From a virus (taxonomy: Duplodnaviria > Caudoviricetes): a DNA stretch of 64,000 bases. Below are positions 44,561-53,408 of the stretch, piece after piece. Below the pieces are notes generated by a model, which was not told where the DNA came from, ran no database searches, and saw only the letters and a list, made by a program, of their open reading frames with translations. Location of the stretch: positions 1 through 64,000 of IMG/VR virus record IMGVR_UViG_3300029288_003518, one strand, 5' to 3'. Positions within the stretch are counted from its first letter, which is position 1, and the number at the start of each line of letters is the position of its first letter. Position numbers and translations under genes: made by a program.

Positions 44561-44589
44561 TTGAATAAATGCCCGTTCTATGGTATACT
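44561..44589 (+). promoter_or_regulatory. divergent promoter for the Cas4-like nuclease
   Basis: TTGAAT-17 nt-TATACT with extended TG. Confidence 0.75.
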
Positions 44590-44634
44590 GTATTTAGATG
44601 AAGAATAACTTATACTATACAAAAGGAGAGGTGA

Positions 44635-45498
44635 ATGCAAATTTTACAGGTAGTTGACAAATATTTGGAGAATCCATATGAAATTCATGTGGATGTCGGC
44701 AAGGGTTATCATTACCCATCTAGTGCATCATGCGTAATTAAGAATGAGTATAACGAAGAAGTCGTCGTCGGTAAATGCCTGCGTGACGCTTACTGGAAAT
44801 CTAAGAGCGTAAAACCTTCCAACCCCATGACAGCAAGGGGGGCAAGGATCTGTGCGTATGGAAAAGCAATTGAAAGATTTGAAATAGAACAATATAAACA
44901 GATTGGTATATGGCGAGGGAACAATGTAAAATTTATTGATCCTAGATATGCAATATCCGGAGAATCCGACTGTATTATCTTCGACAAGGATATTAAAGGA
45001 TTAAGGGGTGTAGAAGTTAAATCCGGGTATGATTATAAATTTAGGTCTGAAGTACTTGGTACTCCCACTAAACCGGGAAAACCCAAATATGAGCATGTGC
45101 TTCAAACGATGTTTTATATTGACTATTTTAAAATACCCTTCAATATAGTGTATATCGATCGAGGAAATGCTGCCAGGGGAGAATACGAAATAACTCTTAA
45201 CACTGACGGAACCCCTAATATAAACGGCCAGAAGCTTAATAATGGATTATCTATCCCGAGATGTGTATCTAGGTTTAAACAGCTCGATGAACATCTTAGT
45301 GATGGTACAATACCCAGAAGAGACTTTCAGTTAAAATATTCAAAAGAAAAACTTGATATCCTTAACAATACCAGGCGTTTAAGAAAAATACAGAAAGAGG
45401 AATTTGAGAAGAACAGGGACCTGGATCTGGGAGATTGGCAGTGTAGTTACTGTGATTACAAGGATTATTGCTGGAGCAAGGAAGGTAAAAATGAATAA
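44635..45498 (+). CDS. Cas4-like PD-(D/E)XK exonuclease
   Basis: YPSSASC...CLR, SGESD, EVKS, QTMFY, CSYCDYKDYC. Confidence 0.82.
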   Translation: MQILQVVDKYLENPYEIHVDVGKGYHYPSSASCVIKNEYNEEVVVGKCLRDAYWKSKSVKPSNPMTARGARICAYGKAIERFEIEQYKQIGIWRGNNVKFIDPRYAISGESDCIIFDKDIKGLRGVEVKSGYDYKFRSEVLGTPTKPGKPKYEHVLQTMFYIDYFKIPFNIVYIDRGNAARGEYEITLNTDGTPNINGQKLNNGLSIPRCVSRFKQLDEHLSDGTIPRRDFQLKYSKEKLDILNNTRRLRKIQKEEFEKNRDLDLGDWQCSYCDYKDYCWSKEGKNE

Positions 45499-45694
45499 AA
45501 TATCATCCCTTATTAAGTCAATATGGACAGAGTTAGATTCTGTAATAGAGCTATTTGCCTACCTTGCTATAGCTTATGGGATCATGAGATTATTTAATTT
45601 AACCTATATACAGTCTATCTCTATTGTGTTTATCTATTTTGTGCTTAATCTACTCAGGTTACTTGTGGAGGCATTGAGAAACAAATACCGGTAG
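45491..45694 (+). CDS. small 2-TM membrane protein
   Basis: Hydrophobic; start trimmed to ATG 45491. Confidence 0.65.
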   Translation: MNKISSLIKSIWTELDSVIELFAYLAIAYGIMRLFNLTYIQSISIVFIYFVLNLLRLLVEALRNKYR

Positions 45695-45717
45695 TACCCA
45701 ACGTATCACTACCAAAG

Positions 45718-45759
45718 AAATAGGGGACATCACGTAAATGTGGTGCCCCCTATTTTTTA
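45718..45759. terminator. probable bidirectional intrinsic terminator between convergent genes
   Basis: AAATAGGGGACATCAC...GTGGTGCCCCCTATTTTTT hairpin flanked by A and T tracts. Confidence 0.75.
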
Positions 45760-45771
45760 TTGGCCTACCTG

Positions 45772-46035
45772 TTACAACTTGCCTATTGCATCTTTGATCA
45801 TCCCTACCTGTGCCTTAAGCTTGTTTACCGCGATCTCTAAAGTAGTGACATTGAATGCAGTATCATCAAGAATCCTTAACCACAGGTTATCCCAATCCGT
45901 TAGTGTACTCTGGGTAACATAGTGGACAAGATCGGTAGATAGGCTAGCTTCCGCTGCCGTATTATAACTGATCATATAGTCTACGTAGTCTCCACTTGCC
46001 AAGGCCCCGGTTGGACTAATAGGAGGAAGAGGCAT
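45772..46035 (-). CDS. putative small virion protein
   Basis: Last gene of the structural run; AGGAG RBS. Confidence 0.65.
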   Translation of the reverse strand: MPLPPISPTGALASGDYVDYMISYNTAAEASLSTDLVHYVTQSTLTDWDNLWLRILDDTAFNVTTLEIAVNKLKAQVGMIKDAIGKL

Positions 46036-46036
46036 C

Positions 46037-46264
46037 TTATCTACTCCTTAATTCTATGATTAAATTATTTATTGTTAAGGTTAAACTTTCAACATCCGCA
46101 GTTAATATATTTAGTCTCCCGGCCAGAGAATTCAACTGGCTCTGCAGGGCAACTTGAATAGTATTAACATTAGACATCTGAGCTAGCTTTGCCATATCAC
46201 CCTGAATACTAGCGAGCTTATTATATATCTGTGTCAATTGTGCCTGATAGTCTAGGTTAGCCAT
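46037..46264 (-). CDS. coiled-coil putative virion protein
   Basis: Heptad pattern. Confidence 0.65.
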   Translation of the reverse strand: MANLDYQAQLTQIYNKLASIQGDMAKLAQMSNVNTIQVALQSQLNSLAGRLNILTADVESLTLTINNLIIELRSR

Positions 46265-46274
46265 TTTTCCTTTC

Positions 46275-47483
46275 CTATGTAGTAGTTGTGTAAGTAATAG
46301 ATATTGACTTGAATAACGGGCTCTTGGTATCTCCGTCGCCCTGAGTCAATTCTACCATTACCCAAAGAGTGTTAAGTCCAAATACACTTAAGTCCAGCGG
46401 AGCAGTCTTGGTGATAGAAGCATTGCTTGAATTCCAGATCGGTAAATTATTATTAAACTCAGACTCTGAAGTATAGATATTAACCTTATAAGTAATGTTG
46501 TCGTAGGCCGGATCGGTCCTTAGAGATGTTATAAGATTGATTAACCCAGTCTCATATTCAGGGAGCTTAAATCTGAACCCAATCTTCCCCGATGCCCTAT
46601 ACTCCACCTTCTCTATCCCCAACTCTTTAGCCCCATACACGAATGTTTTATAGTCATCTTCCATCTTACTGCTTCTCTGCCTCAGATATAGCTTTATCTT
46701 AGTAGGCTGTATATTATTAAAAGAGTACATTATGGATCTAGTATTGTTTTCCCCATCCGCCGGAAACGAAGGAAGCACGAGATCCTGTGACACTAAGGTA
46801 TCATATGTAATCACCTGAACATCTTCCACTCCCTCCGGATATGGTTTGATGTGTAGTTTATTTACATAAGGGTTACTCATAGATGGCAATGTCACCACAA
46901 GAAGGCACCTTGAACTGGTCTTTGTCGAGTCCCTGTTATACCTAACCTTTCTTTCCCAAACTGTTTCATCCTGGCCATCAAATGCCCTATTTGGACTAGT
47001 CTCCTCTAACTTTACACTCCCAGTCTCATCTATAGGAGTAACCTCTACCTTTAAGTCGGGAGCTACAATAGATCTACCATCGGTAATATTTATAGTATAG
47101 ACCTTGGAAAAACTATTATTAACCGGTAGGGTCACAACCCCAAACTCATCATTAACAACGCACTTATCTACTTCTACTATATTGGTAGGATATACTACCT
47201 GGTTCGGCATATAGAAATCTTCGTAGAATATCTTGTAGTTAGATGCAGATTGTTCATAGGAGGTTATTAGACCGCTCACAGCGTATACACGAGAACTAAT
47301 GGCCTCTACCTCATGCCTTATTCTAGATTCAAGATCATTAACATCAACAACAATGTTAGAAGCTTCAGAAAATATAGTATTCAAATCATAGAGTATATCC
47401 TCTAGATTCTTATTCATATCCTCTGAAGATGTGTTCCCCCTCCACTCAGGGAGTACGGGTGAAAAGATAGGTATCAATGCCAT
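46275..47483 (-). CDS. putative virion structural protein
   Basis: Shared N-terminal module; discoidin-like AFDGQDETVW motif. Confidence 0.7.
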   Translation of the reverse strand: MALIPIFSPVLPEWRGNTSSEDMNKNLEDILYDLNTIFSEASNIVVDVNDLESRIRHEVEAISSRVYAVSGLITSYEQSASNYKIFYEDFYMPNQVVYPTNIVEVDKCVVNDEFGVVTLPVNNSFSKVYTINITDGRSIVAPDLKVEVTPIDETGSVKLEETSPNRAFDGQDETVWERKVRYNRDSTKTSSRCLLVVTLPSMSNPYVNKLHIKPYPEGVEDVQVITYDTLVSQDLVLPSFPADGENNTRSIMYSFNNIQPTKIKLYLRQRSSKMEDDYKTFVYGAKELGIEKVEYRASGKIGFRFKLPEYETGLINLITSLRTDPAYDNITYKVNIYTSESEFNNNLPIWNSSNASITKTAPLDLSVFGLNTLWVMVELTQGDGDTKSPLFKSISITYTTTT

Positions 47484-47495
47484 TTTACGTTCTCC

Positions 47496-47804
47496 TTATT
47501 CTAGAATTTGCACTGGGTCTGCCTGAGCATAAATTCTATTTTCTATTTTAGATTCCATATCGTAAACTGCCATCTTGAGATCATATAAGCTATATAGACT
47601 ACCAGATGGCAATAAATATCCAGAAGCAAGGACATCTATGCTGTCCTTAATTCCCTCTATCTCATTGAATATAGTACTTAGATCGGTAGCAACCTCAGAG
47701 AATGACTCCCTGGCTTTCTTCGATTCAGTAGGCCCATAGTAACGATGGTTCACCTTAGATGTAGTAACTATTTTATTAAAGGGGCTTATGTAAGACATCT
47801 TCAC
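47496..47804 (-). CDS. putative virion structural protein
   Basis: Shared N-terminal module. Confidence 0.65.
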   Translation of the reverse strand: MKMSYISPFNKIVTTSKVNHRYYGPTESKKARESFSEVATDLSTIFNEIEGIKDSIDVLASGYLLPSGSLYSLYDLKMAVYDMESKIENRIYAQADPVQILE

Positions 47805-50800
47805 CTCTCTATTGTGTTATTGTGAGCGCCTAATTTATTAATTTGCAACTTTAGTTCATTGATTTCCCGCTGCTGTTCCTGTACTGCCCTAACTAGAACC
47901 GCAGTTAATTGCCCGTAGCTTAATCCCAATTCCCCTTCCGAACCACTGACTATTTCAGGGATTATCTTCCGCATATCCTGAGCAATGAAACCAACTTGTT
48001 TTTTATTACTTTCGTCCTGTTTGTGTACATAATAAACTGGCCTTAACTTTTCTATTTCCTTTATTCCGTACTTAAAATCATAGTCTATATCTTTCTTATA
48101 TGCTAAGTCAGATCCAGCTATCCAGTCCCCGGTCCCATCGCAATAAGCTCCTCCGTTTAAATGAATTAAATGGGATGGAGATGTGAGAGTTAACCCAACA
48201 TAACCGCTTGGATCAACGAGTATCCTAGATTTACCCTGAACCTGATCGTATATTTCAAACACACTAGTACCTGAAGCTATTCCTCTACCTATCCGAGTTT
48301 TGATGCCAGCAGTTCCAGACCCTGCTCCGGTATTTTTAAAGTCAATACTAGCTCCAGCATCCCAATCTCCCTCTAATGTAATAACTGGGAATCCATTGTG
48401 GAAACGCGCTATATAATCAGTCCCACCCTCTACGTCTAACGTAACCGAGGGGACAGCAGTCCCAACTCCAAGTCTTTGTGATGTATCTATAGTCATGGCT
48501 ATATGATCGCCATTGGTCCCAAATTGTAAAGCATTCTGGGAACGCAAGCATATGGAACTGGCGAGCTCACCTGTAAATACCGTATCCCCACCAGAACCCA
48601 AATGGCCAAAACCAAAATATCCCCTCTTGGTAATACCATCAGTTCCCCCGGTAAAGGTCATATAGGCGCCTATATCATCAGCACTTTGCCACCGATTAAT
48701 ATCAAAATGACCCAGGGTTAATCTCGCATAACCCGATTCACAGGCTATAATCTGATTAAATGGGGCCCCACCACCACTAAAACTATCGGAGTCACAGAAT
48801 ATTGAGTTATTAAGTGTCTCATCCAGATACCAAAGTGTTATGGTCGTAGGAGTGGCGTCATATAACCCATTGCCGAAGAAATAATTGTATTTAGCATACT
48901 TCAGTTTTATCCCATAGTTATAATGCCCCAGCTCAATTGCATTCCCTGTGATGAAGTTTCTACTATTATATTCTCCCGCATCACCCAGCATCTCAAGAGC
49001 ACAATCTCCCCCACAACCAAGTGCCCAGAAGTTCTTACTTATAGTTATTCCGTTGACATACTTATTCAGTAATATCTTTCTCAGGTTATTAAAGTAATTA
49101 TTTTCTATGGTTGTTACATATCCCTGGAAGGGAGCGTCATTGTCTAGATCTCCAAGGTGAGCTATATTGTTCCCTCCAAGAATAATAATATCTTGTGCCA
49201 ATGTCGCATCAACAGCTTCAGTTTTGCCTATAAAAGAACAATCATGTATCTTTAAGGTGGTATTGGTAGTAAAAACAAAAGGAAGGGTGCCATCTGTAGT
49301 ATCCTTAAGCTGCAAGTTGGATATCTCCAATAGACCTTTTCCTTTTGTAACTATCTTAGCGATACTACCCGCATATCTTAGATCTATAGCCGAAGGAGCT
49401 GTTGGAGCGGTGAAACTAGAACCATTTAACCAAGTTGAATCTCCTCCTCCACCCATCCCGACTAAACGTATTGTGGGTTGCTGAGGGTAGACTCCATTGA
49501 TGCTTAATTGCTTTCCATCATTCGCAAGAGCTATCTGGCTATCAACTCTATAGGTCCCCTTGGGGAACAGTACAGTTCCACCGCCAGAGTTATACGCGGC
49601 AGTAATAGCCGCCAATACTGCGGTTGAATCATCAGTGGTCCCATTCCCGAGTGCTCCGTAGGCCCTCACATCAAAACTGGGAGACTTGGAAACAACATCA
49701 GATACCGTAAGTACACCACTGCAGCTTATTTTTGCAACAGATGATATTGGATTTCCAGAGTAGAAATTATAAGACACGGGGACAGAAGTACTAGTTGGGT
49801 TTCCATCAACATCGATGCCTATATATCCACCTAATCTCTCTACTGAGTTGGTTTGCCCGGCCCAACTTAAATAACCTAAGGTATCTCCGTTTTGAATATC
49901 ATTGGTAGACCTAGATTTATACCACTGGATCCCTTGGGAATACTGGTCGTTGGTAGAGACTGATATATTAAGAGAAGCATTGGATAAATCAACAGATCCA
50001 GTAAAGATTGGATTCAATGTTGGAGCGGCCCCTAAATCAGCATAGGAAAGATTTGCCCCATTAACTTTATAATGAGATCCAGGGGTAATATTTACATCCC
50101 CATTAACATCAATTATTCCACTGCTGCTTATTTTCATTATCTGGGTAATTGGTGTCCCAGAGTAGAAAGTAAAAGATGTTGGAATTGAACTTGCTGTCGG
50201 AGTACCATCTATATCAATACTGAGATATCCACCTATCCGAGATATAGCGCTAGTCTGACCCGCAAAAGACAAATAGCCCAGATTGTCTCCTAATACCGTG
50301 TCTCCGGTACCACGAGACTTATACCATTGGATCCCCCTACTCCACTCATCATTACTCGTAACTGTTAAATTAAGACTTTCGTTAGTTATGGCAACAGCAC
50401 CATTTACCTCTAGTTTAACCCCGGGTACTGTGGTACCAATACCAACCCTCTGGGCTGTATCAATAGTCATAGCTATAAAGTCACCATTGGTTCCAAAATG
50501 CATCGGTCCATAAGACTTTAGGGCTATAGAATCTACTAACTCTCCTGTAAATATGGTGTCTGCTCCGCTACCGGTATGACCAAAACCAACCATCCCCCTG
50601 GGAGTATTACCTATTGATCCACCAAGGAAATTTATTTTACCACCAATATCATTGGTAGTCTGTATTTTTTTGCACCACCAATCGGTAAAAGCTGTAATAC
50701 TACCGGTTGCGGTAATACTATTAGGAACCTCTAATCCATCATCAGCATCTCTTCCCCCGAAAATATAATTACCCTCACAAGTAACAATTGTATCATTCTG

Positions 50801-53002
50801 ATGAATAATCCAATTATTTGTAGAATTAGTTATATTCCAGAATGCTCCGGTTACACCCGGAGTAACATCTCCTATCCAATTACCAATGAAGAACCCATCA
50901 TTATGATAGTTTAATTTAACTCCATTAGTATAATAGAGCATCTCAATTGTGTTACCACAACAATAAGTCCCACCATTTGTTCCCGCGGTATTTACACCAT
51001 CAGCTTCAATGGCTGCTAAACCACCACATCCGAGAGTCCACCAGCAGTGTACTATCTGTACGGCATTTGCGTAACACTTTAAATAAACACCCCTCTGGAT
51101 TCTGGAGAAATAAACATTATTTATAACAGTTATATATCCCTGAAATGGGGCATCATCATATAGATCACCTAAATGTGTAATATTAAATCCACCACATATA
51201 ATAGCATCCTGGGTAGGTTGGACTAAAGAATTTGCCTCTGTCTTTCCTATAATTGAACAATCATGTATATTTAACTGAGAATTAGTTGTTTGTATAAATG
51301 GAGTAGTACCATCTGTACTGTCTATTAACTGCAAGTTAGCTATCTCGACAAGACCCTTTCCGTGGGTCATTAATTTAGCTTCATAAGGACCACCAACATA
51401 TCTTAGATCCAAAACAGAAGGAGCTTGCGGAAGTGGGTAAACGTGACCATCCAACCAGGTAGAGTCACCACCCCCCCCAACACCAATAAACCGGAATGTT
51501 GGCTGTTGAGGATAAATACCATCTATATGGAATTGTTTCCCATCGTTTGGAAGGCGTATCTGACTATCTATTCTATATGTTCCCTTCGGGAATAAAATGG
51601 TTCCGCCACCAGTATTATAGCACGCCGTAATAGCTGCCAACACTGCAGTTGAGTCATCGGTAGCCCCATTGCCCAGAGCCCCAAAAGCCCTTACGTCAAA
51701 CCATGGGGAAGTAGTAATAATCCCCGAAGCACTGATTGTTGCACTTAAGTTTAAATTCCCCGTAAGATAATTATCAGTAATAGAACCATTGCCTAGGGTA
51801 ACGGTATTACTTCCGTGTCCAACCGCGGCATACCCAATAACTATCTCATTCGTATCCCCATCAGCTTTGGCCATAGTGCTCATGCCAAGATATACTGAAT
51901 TCTCTGAGGTTACATTGGGATTTACGAACCCAGATATATATCTACCGGAGTTCACTCCTATTGCCGTATTTCTATTTCCTATAGTAATATTCGATAAAGA
52001 ATAATAGCCAATAGCAGTATTATCGCTTCCGGTCGTATCCCAGTAGAGAGAAGCTACCCCAAGAGCAGAACAGGTATTAGCTGTTGAGCTCGTGATAAGC
52101 GCATTCATCCCTATAGCAGTATTAGAAAAACCAGTGGTATTGTCGTGTAAAGCCGCTACTCCGACAGCGGTATTGGAATACCCCTCGGTATTTAAATAAA
52201 GAGACTCTTCTCCACAGGCTGTATTATAACTTCCGCTCGTGTTTAACCAAAGCGAGCAATACCCCGCGGCCGTATTGAAAAACCCCGTAGTATTAGAATA
52301 TAAAGAATTAGTTCCTAAGGCACTATTGGCATATCCCTCAGTGTTGGATAAAAGAGAGTTTTGTCCAAAAGCAGAATTATCATATCCGATAGTATTGAAC
52401 CTAAGAGCCGACACTCCAAACGCTGAGCTTCCATATCCTGCGGTATTACTAAAGAGAGACCCTACGCCAAAAGCTGAATTATAGCTTCCGCTAACATTGC
52501 CCCAGAATGATTGATACCCTAAGGCAGAGTTATCAATCCCTGTTCCAACCGAGTTTCCGGCTCCACCAAAATAATAATTATTTAGCGCGGTTTGAGCAAA
52601 TCCGAAAGTTAGATCATTGTATTTATATAATCCACCATTAACAACATTAAGACTATTAGTGGTTGTTGTCCCATTAACCTGCAAGGCAGTACTCGGTACC
52701 ATAGTACCAATTCCTAATTTATCAGTAAGGACTGTAGGATAAATTGATCCAGTCGAAGGGAATCGCGTAAATGGTGACAGGGGATGCTCCTGAAAAGTTC
52801 CCCAACCATTGGCATCTGAGGTCAGTACATAACCAGAGGGTACTGGACCACCTATTTTAATATGATCAAAATAACCAGAGGCAAAGACACCAGAGGCATA
52901 TATGTCGGAGGATAGGTGCCACCGCTGTATGCTTTTTTCCTTGAGATCACCATTTCCCTTAAGAAAGGAAACTGAAAAATTATCTATTTTACTCGCAGGC
53001 AT
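47801..53002 (-). CDS. tail spike/fibre: YadA-head-like repeats, two duplicated pectate-lyase-3-like beta-helix domains, C-terminal S74 chaperone
   Basis: 14-aa N[ST]AxG..SL..NT.G repeats; DVRA[FY]GALGNG.TDDSTAV...FPKGTYR twice; SDLAYKKDI...GFIAQD...LVRAVQEQ. Confidence 0.88.
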   Translation of the reverse strand: MPASKIDNFSVSFLKGNGDLKEKSIQRWHLSSDIYASGVFASGYFDHIKIGGPVPSGYVLTSDANGWGTFQEHPLSPFTRFPSTGSIYPTVLTDKLGIGTMVPSTALQVNGTTTTNSLNVVNGGLYKYNDLTFGFAQTALNNYYFGGAGNSVGTGIDNSALGYQSFWGNVSGSYNSAFGVGSLFSNTAGYGSSAFGVSALRFNTIGYDNSAFGQNSLLSNTEGYANSALGTNSLYSNTTGFFNTAAGYCSLWLNTSGSYNTACGEESLYLNTEGYSNTAVGVAALHDNTTGFSNTAIGMNALITSSTANTCSALGVASLYWDTTGSDNTAIGYYSLSNITIGNRNTAIGVNSGRYISGFVNPNVTSENSVYLGMSTMAKADGDTNEIVIGYAAVGHGSNTVTLGNGSITDNYLTGNLNLSATISASGIITTSPWFDVRAFGALGNGATDDSTAVLAAITACYNTGGGTILFPKGTYRIDSQIRLPNDGKQFHIDGIYPQQPTFRFIGVGGGGDSTWLDGHVYPLPQAPSVLDLRYVGGPYEAKLMTHGKGLVEIANLQLIDSTDGTTPFIQTTNSQLNIHDCSIIGKTEANSLVQPTQDAIICGGFNITHLGDLYDDAPFQGYITVINNVYFSRIQRGVYLKCYANAVQIVHCWWTLGCGGLAAIEADGVNTAGTNGGTYCCGNTIEMLYYTNGVKLNYHNDGFFIGNWIGDVTPGVTGAFWNITNSTNNWIIHQNDTIVTCEGNYIFGGRDADDGLEVPNSITATGSITAFTDWWCKKIQTTNDIGGKINFLGGSIGNTPRGMVGFGHTGSGADTIFTGELVDSIALKSYGPMHFGTNGDFIAMTIDTAQRVGIGTTVPGVKLEVNGAVAITNESLNLTVTSNDEWSRGIQWYKSRGTGDTVLGDNLGYLSFAGQTSAISRIGGYLSIDIDGTPTASSIPTSFTFYSGTPITQIMKISSSGIIDVNGDVNITPGSHYKVNGANLSYADLGAAPTLNPIFTGSVDLSNASLNISVSTNDQYSQGIQWYKSRSTNDIQNGDTLGYLSWAGQTNSVERLGGYIGIDVDGNPTSTSVPVSYNFYSGNPISSVAKISCSGVLTVSDVVSKSPSFDVRAYGALGNGTTDDSTAVLAAITAAYNSGGGTVLFPKGTYRVDSQIALANDGKQLSINGVYPQQPTIRLVGMGGGGDSTWLNGSSFTAPTAPSAIDLRYAGSIAKIVTKGKGLLEISNLQLKDTTDGTLPFVFTTNTTLKIHDCSFIGKTEAVDATLAQDIIILGGNNIAHLGDLDNDAPFQGYVTTIENNYFNNLRKILLNKYVNGITISKNFWALGCGGDCALEMLGDAGEYNSRNFITGNAIELGHYNYGIKLKYAKYNYFFGNGLYDATPTTITLWYLDETLNNSIFCDSDSFSGGGAPFNQIIACESGYARLTLGHFDINRWQSADDIGAYMTFTGGTDGITKRGYFGFGHLGSGGDTVFTGELASSICLRSQNALQFGTNGDHIAMTIDTSQRLGVGTAVPSVTLDVEGGTDYIARFHNGFPVITLEGDWDAGASIDFKNTGAGSGTAGIKTRIGRGIASGTSVFEIYDQVQGKSRILVDPSGYVGLTLTSPSHLIHLNGGAYCDGTGDWIAGSDLAYKKDIDYDFKYGIKEIEKLRPVYYVHKQDESNKKQVGFIAQDMRKIIPEIVSGSEGELGLSYGQLTAVLVRAVQEQQREINELKLQINKLGAHNNTIER

Positions 53003-53005
53003 ATT

Positions 53006-53407
53006 CTAATATCCCAATTTTTTATGCTTCATTAAGTATAATCTAACGCGATCAATTATATCGGTTGATTCCTCAACAAACCCCAGACAGACATTACACG
53101 CATGGCACAGGAGCCCACGCACTATTCCCGTTTCATGGTCATGATCTACGGACAATCTTTTAATATTACCAGTCCTGTAGTCTGTAACAGATTCTGGTCT
53201 CTTACATATTGCACAACATCCACCCTGGTCAACAAAGATTTTATTATAATCGTCTATAGTTATCCCATACATTACACGCAAGTCTCTCGATACTCTTCCG
53301 GACCTTACCCTATCCTTATTCTTAGCAACATACGCTGCGTGGGTAGCAGTAGCTCTAGCCCTATTTTTCCTATGCCACTCTTTCATATATTTGGGATTAT
53401 CGGACAT
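53006..53407 (-). mobile_element. free-standing endonuclease VII-like homing endonuclease
   Basis: YGIT..DY....QGGCCAIC...LSVDHDHETGIVRGLLCHACN..LG. Confidence 0.88.
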
Positions 53408-53408
53408 C

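Noticed and set aside
43892-44564. + strand ORFs 43892-44185, 43965-44150 and 44268-44564, and similar antisense ORFs throughout the window
   Set aside because: They are antisense shadows of the tmRNA or of well-supported genes, with no RBS or recognisable motifs.
40407-45498. CRISPR-Cas system suggested by Cas4-like genes
   Set aside because: No cas1, cas2, effector or array is visible; solo Cas4-like nucleases are common in phages.
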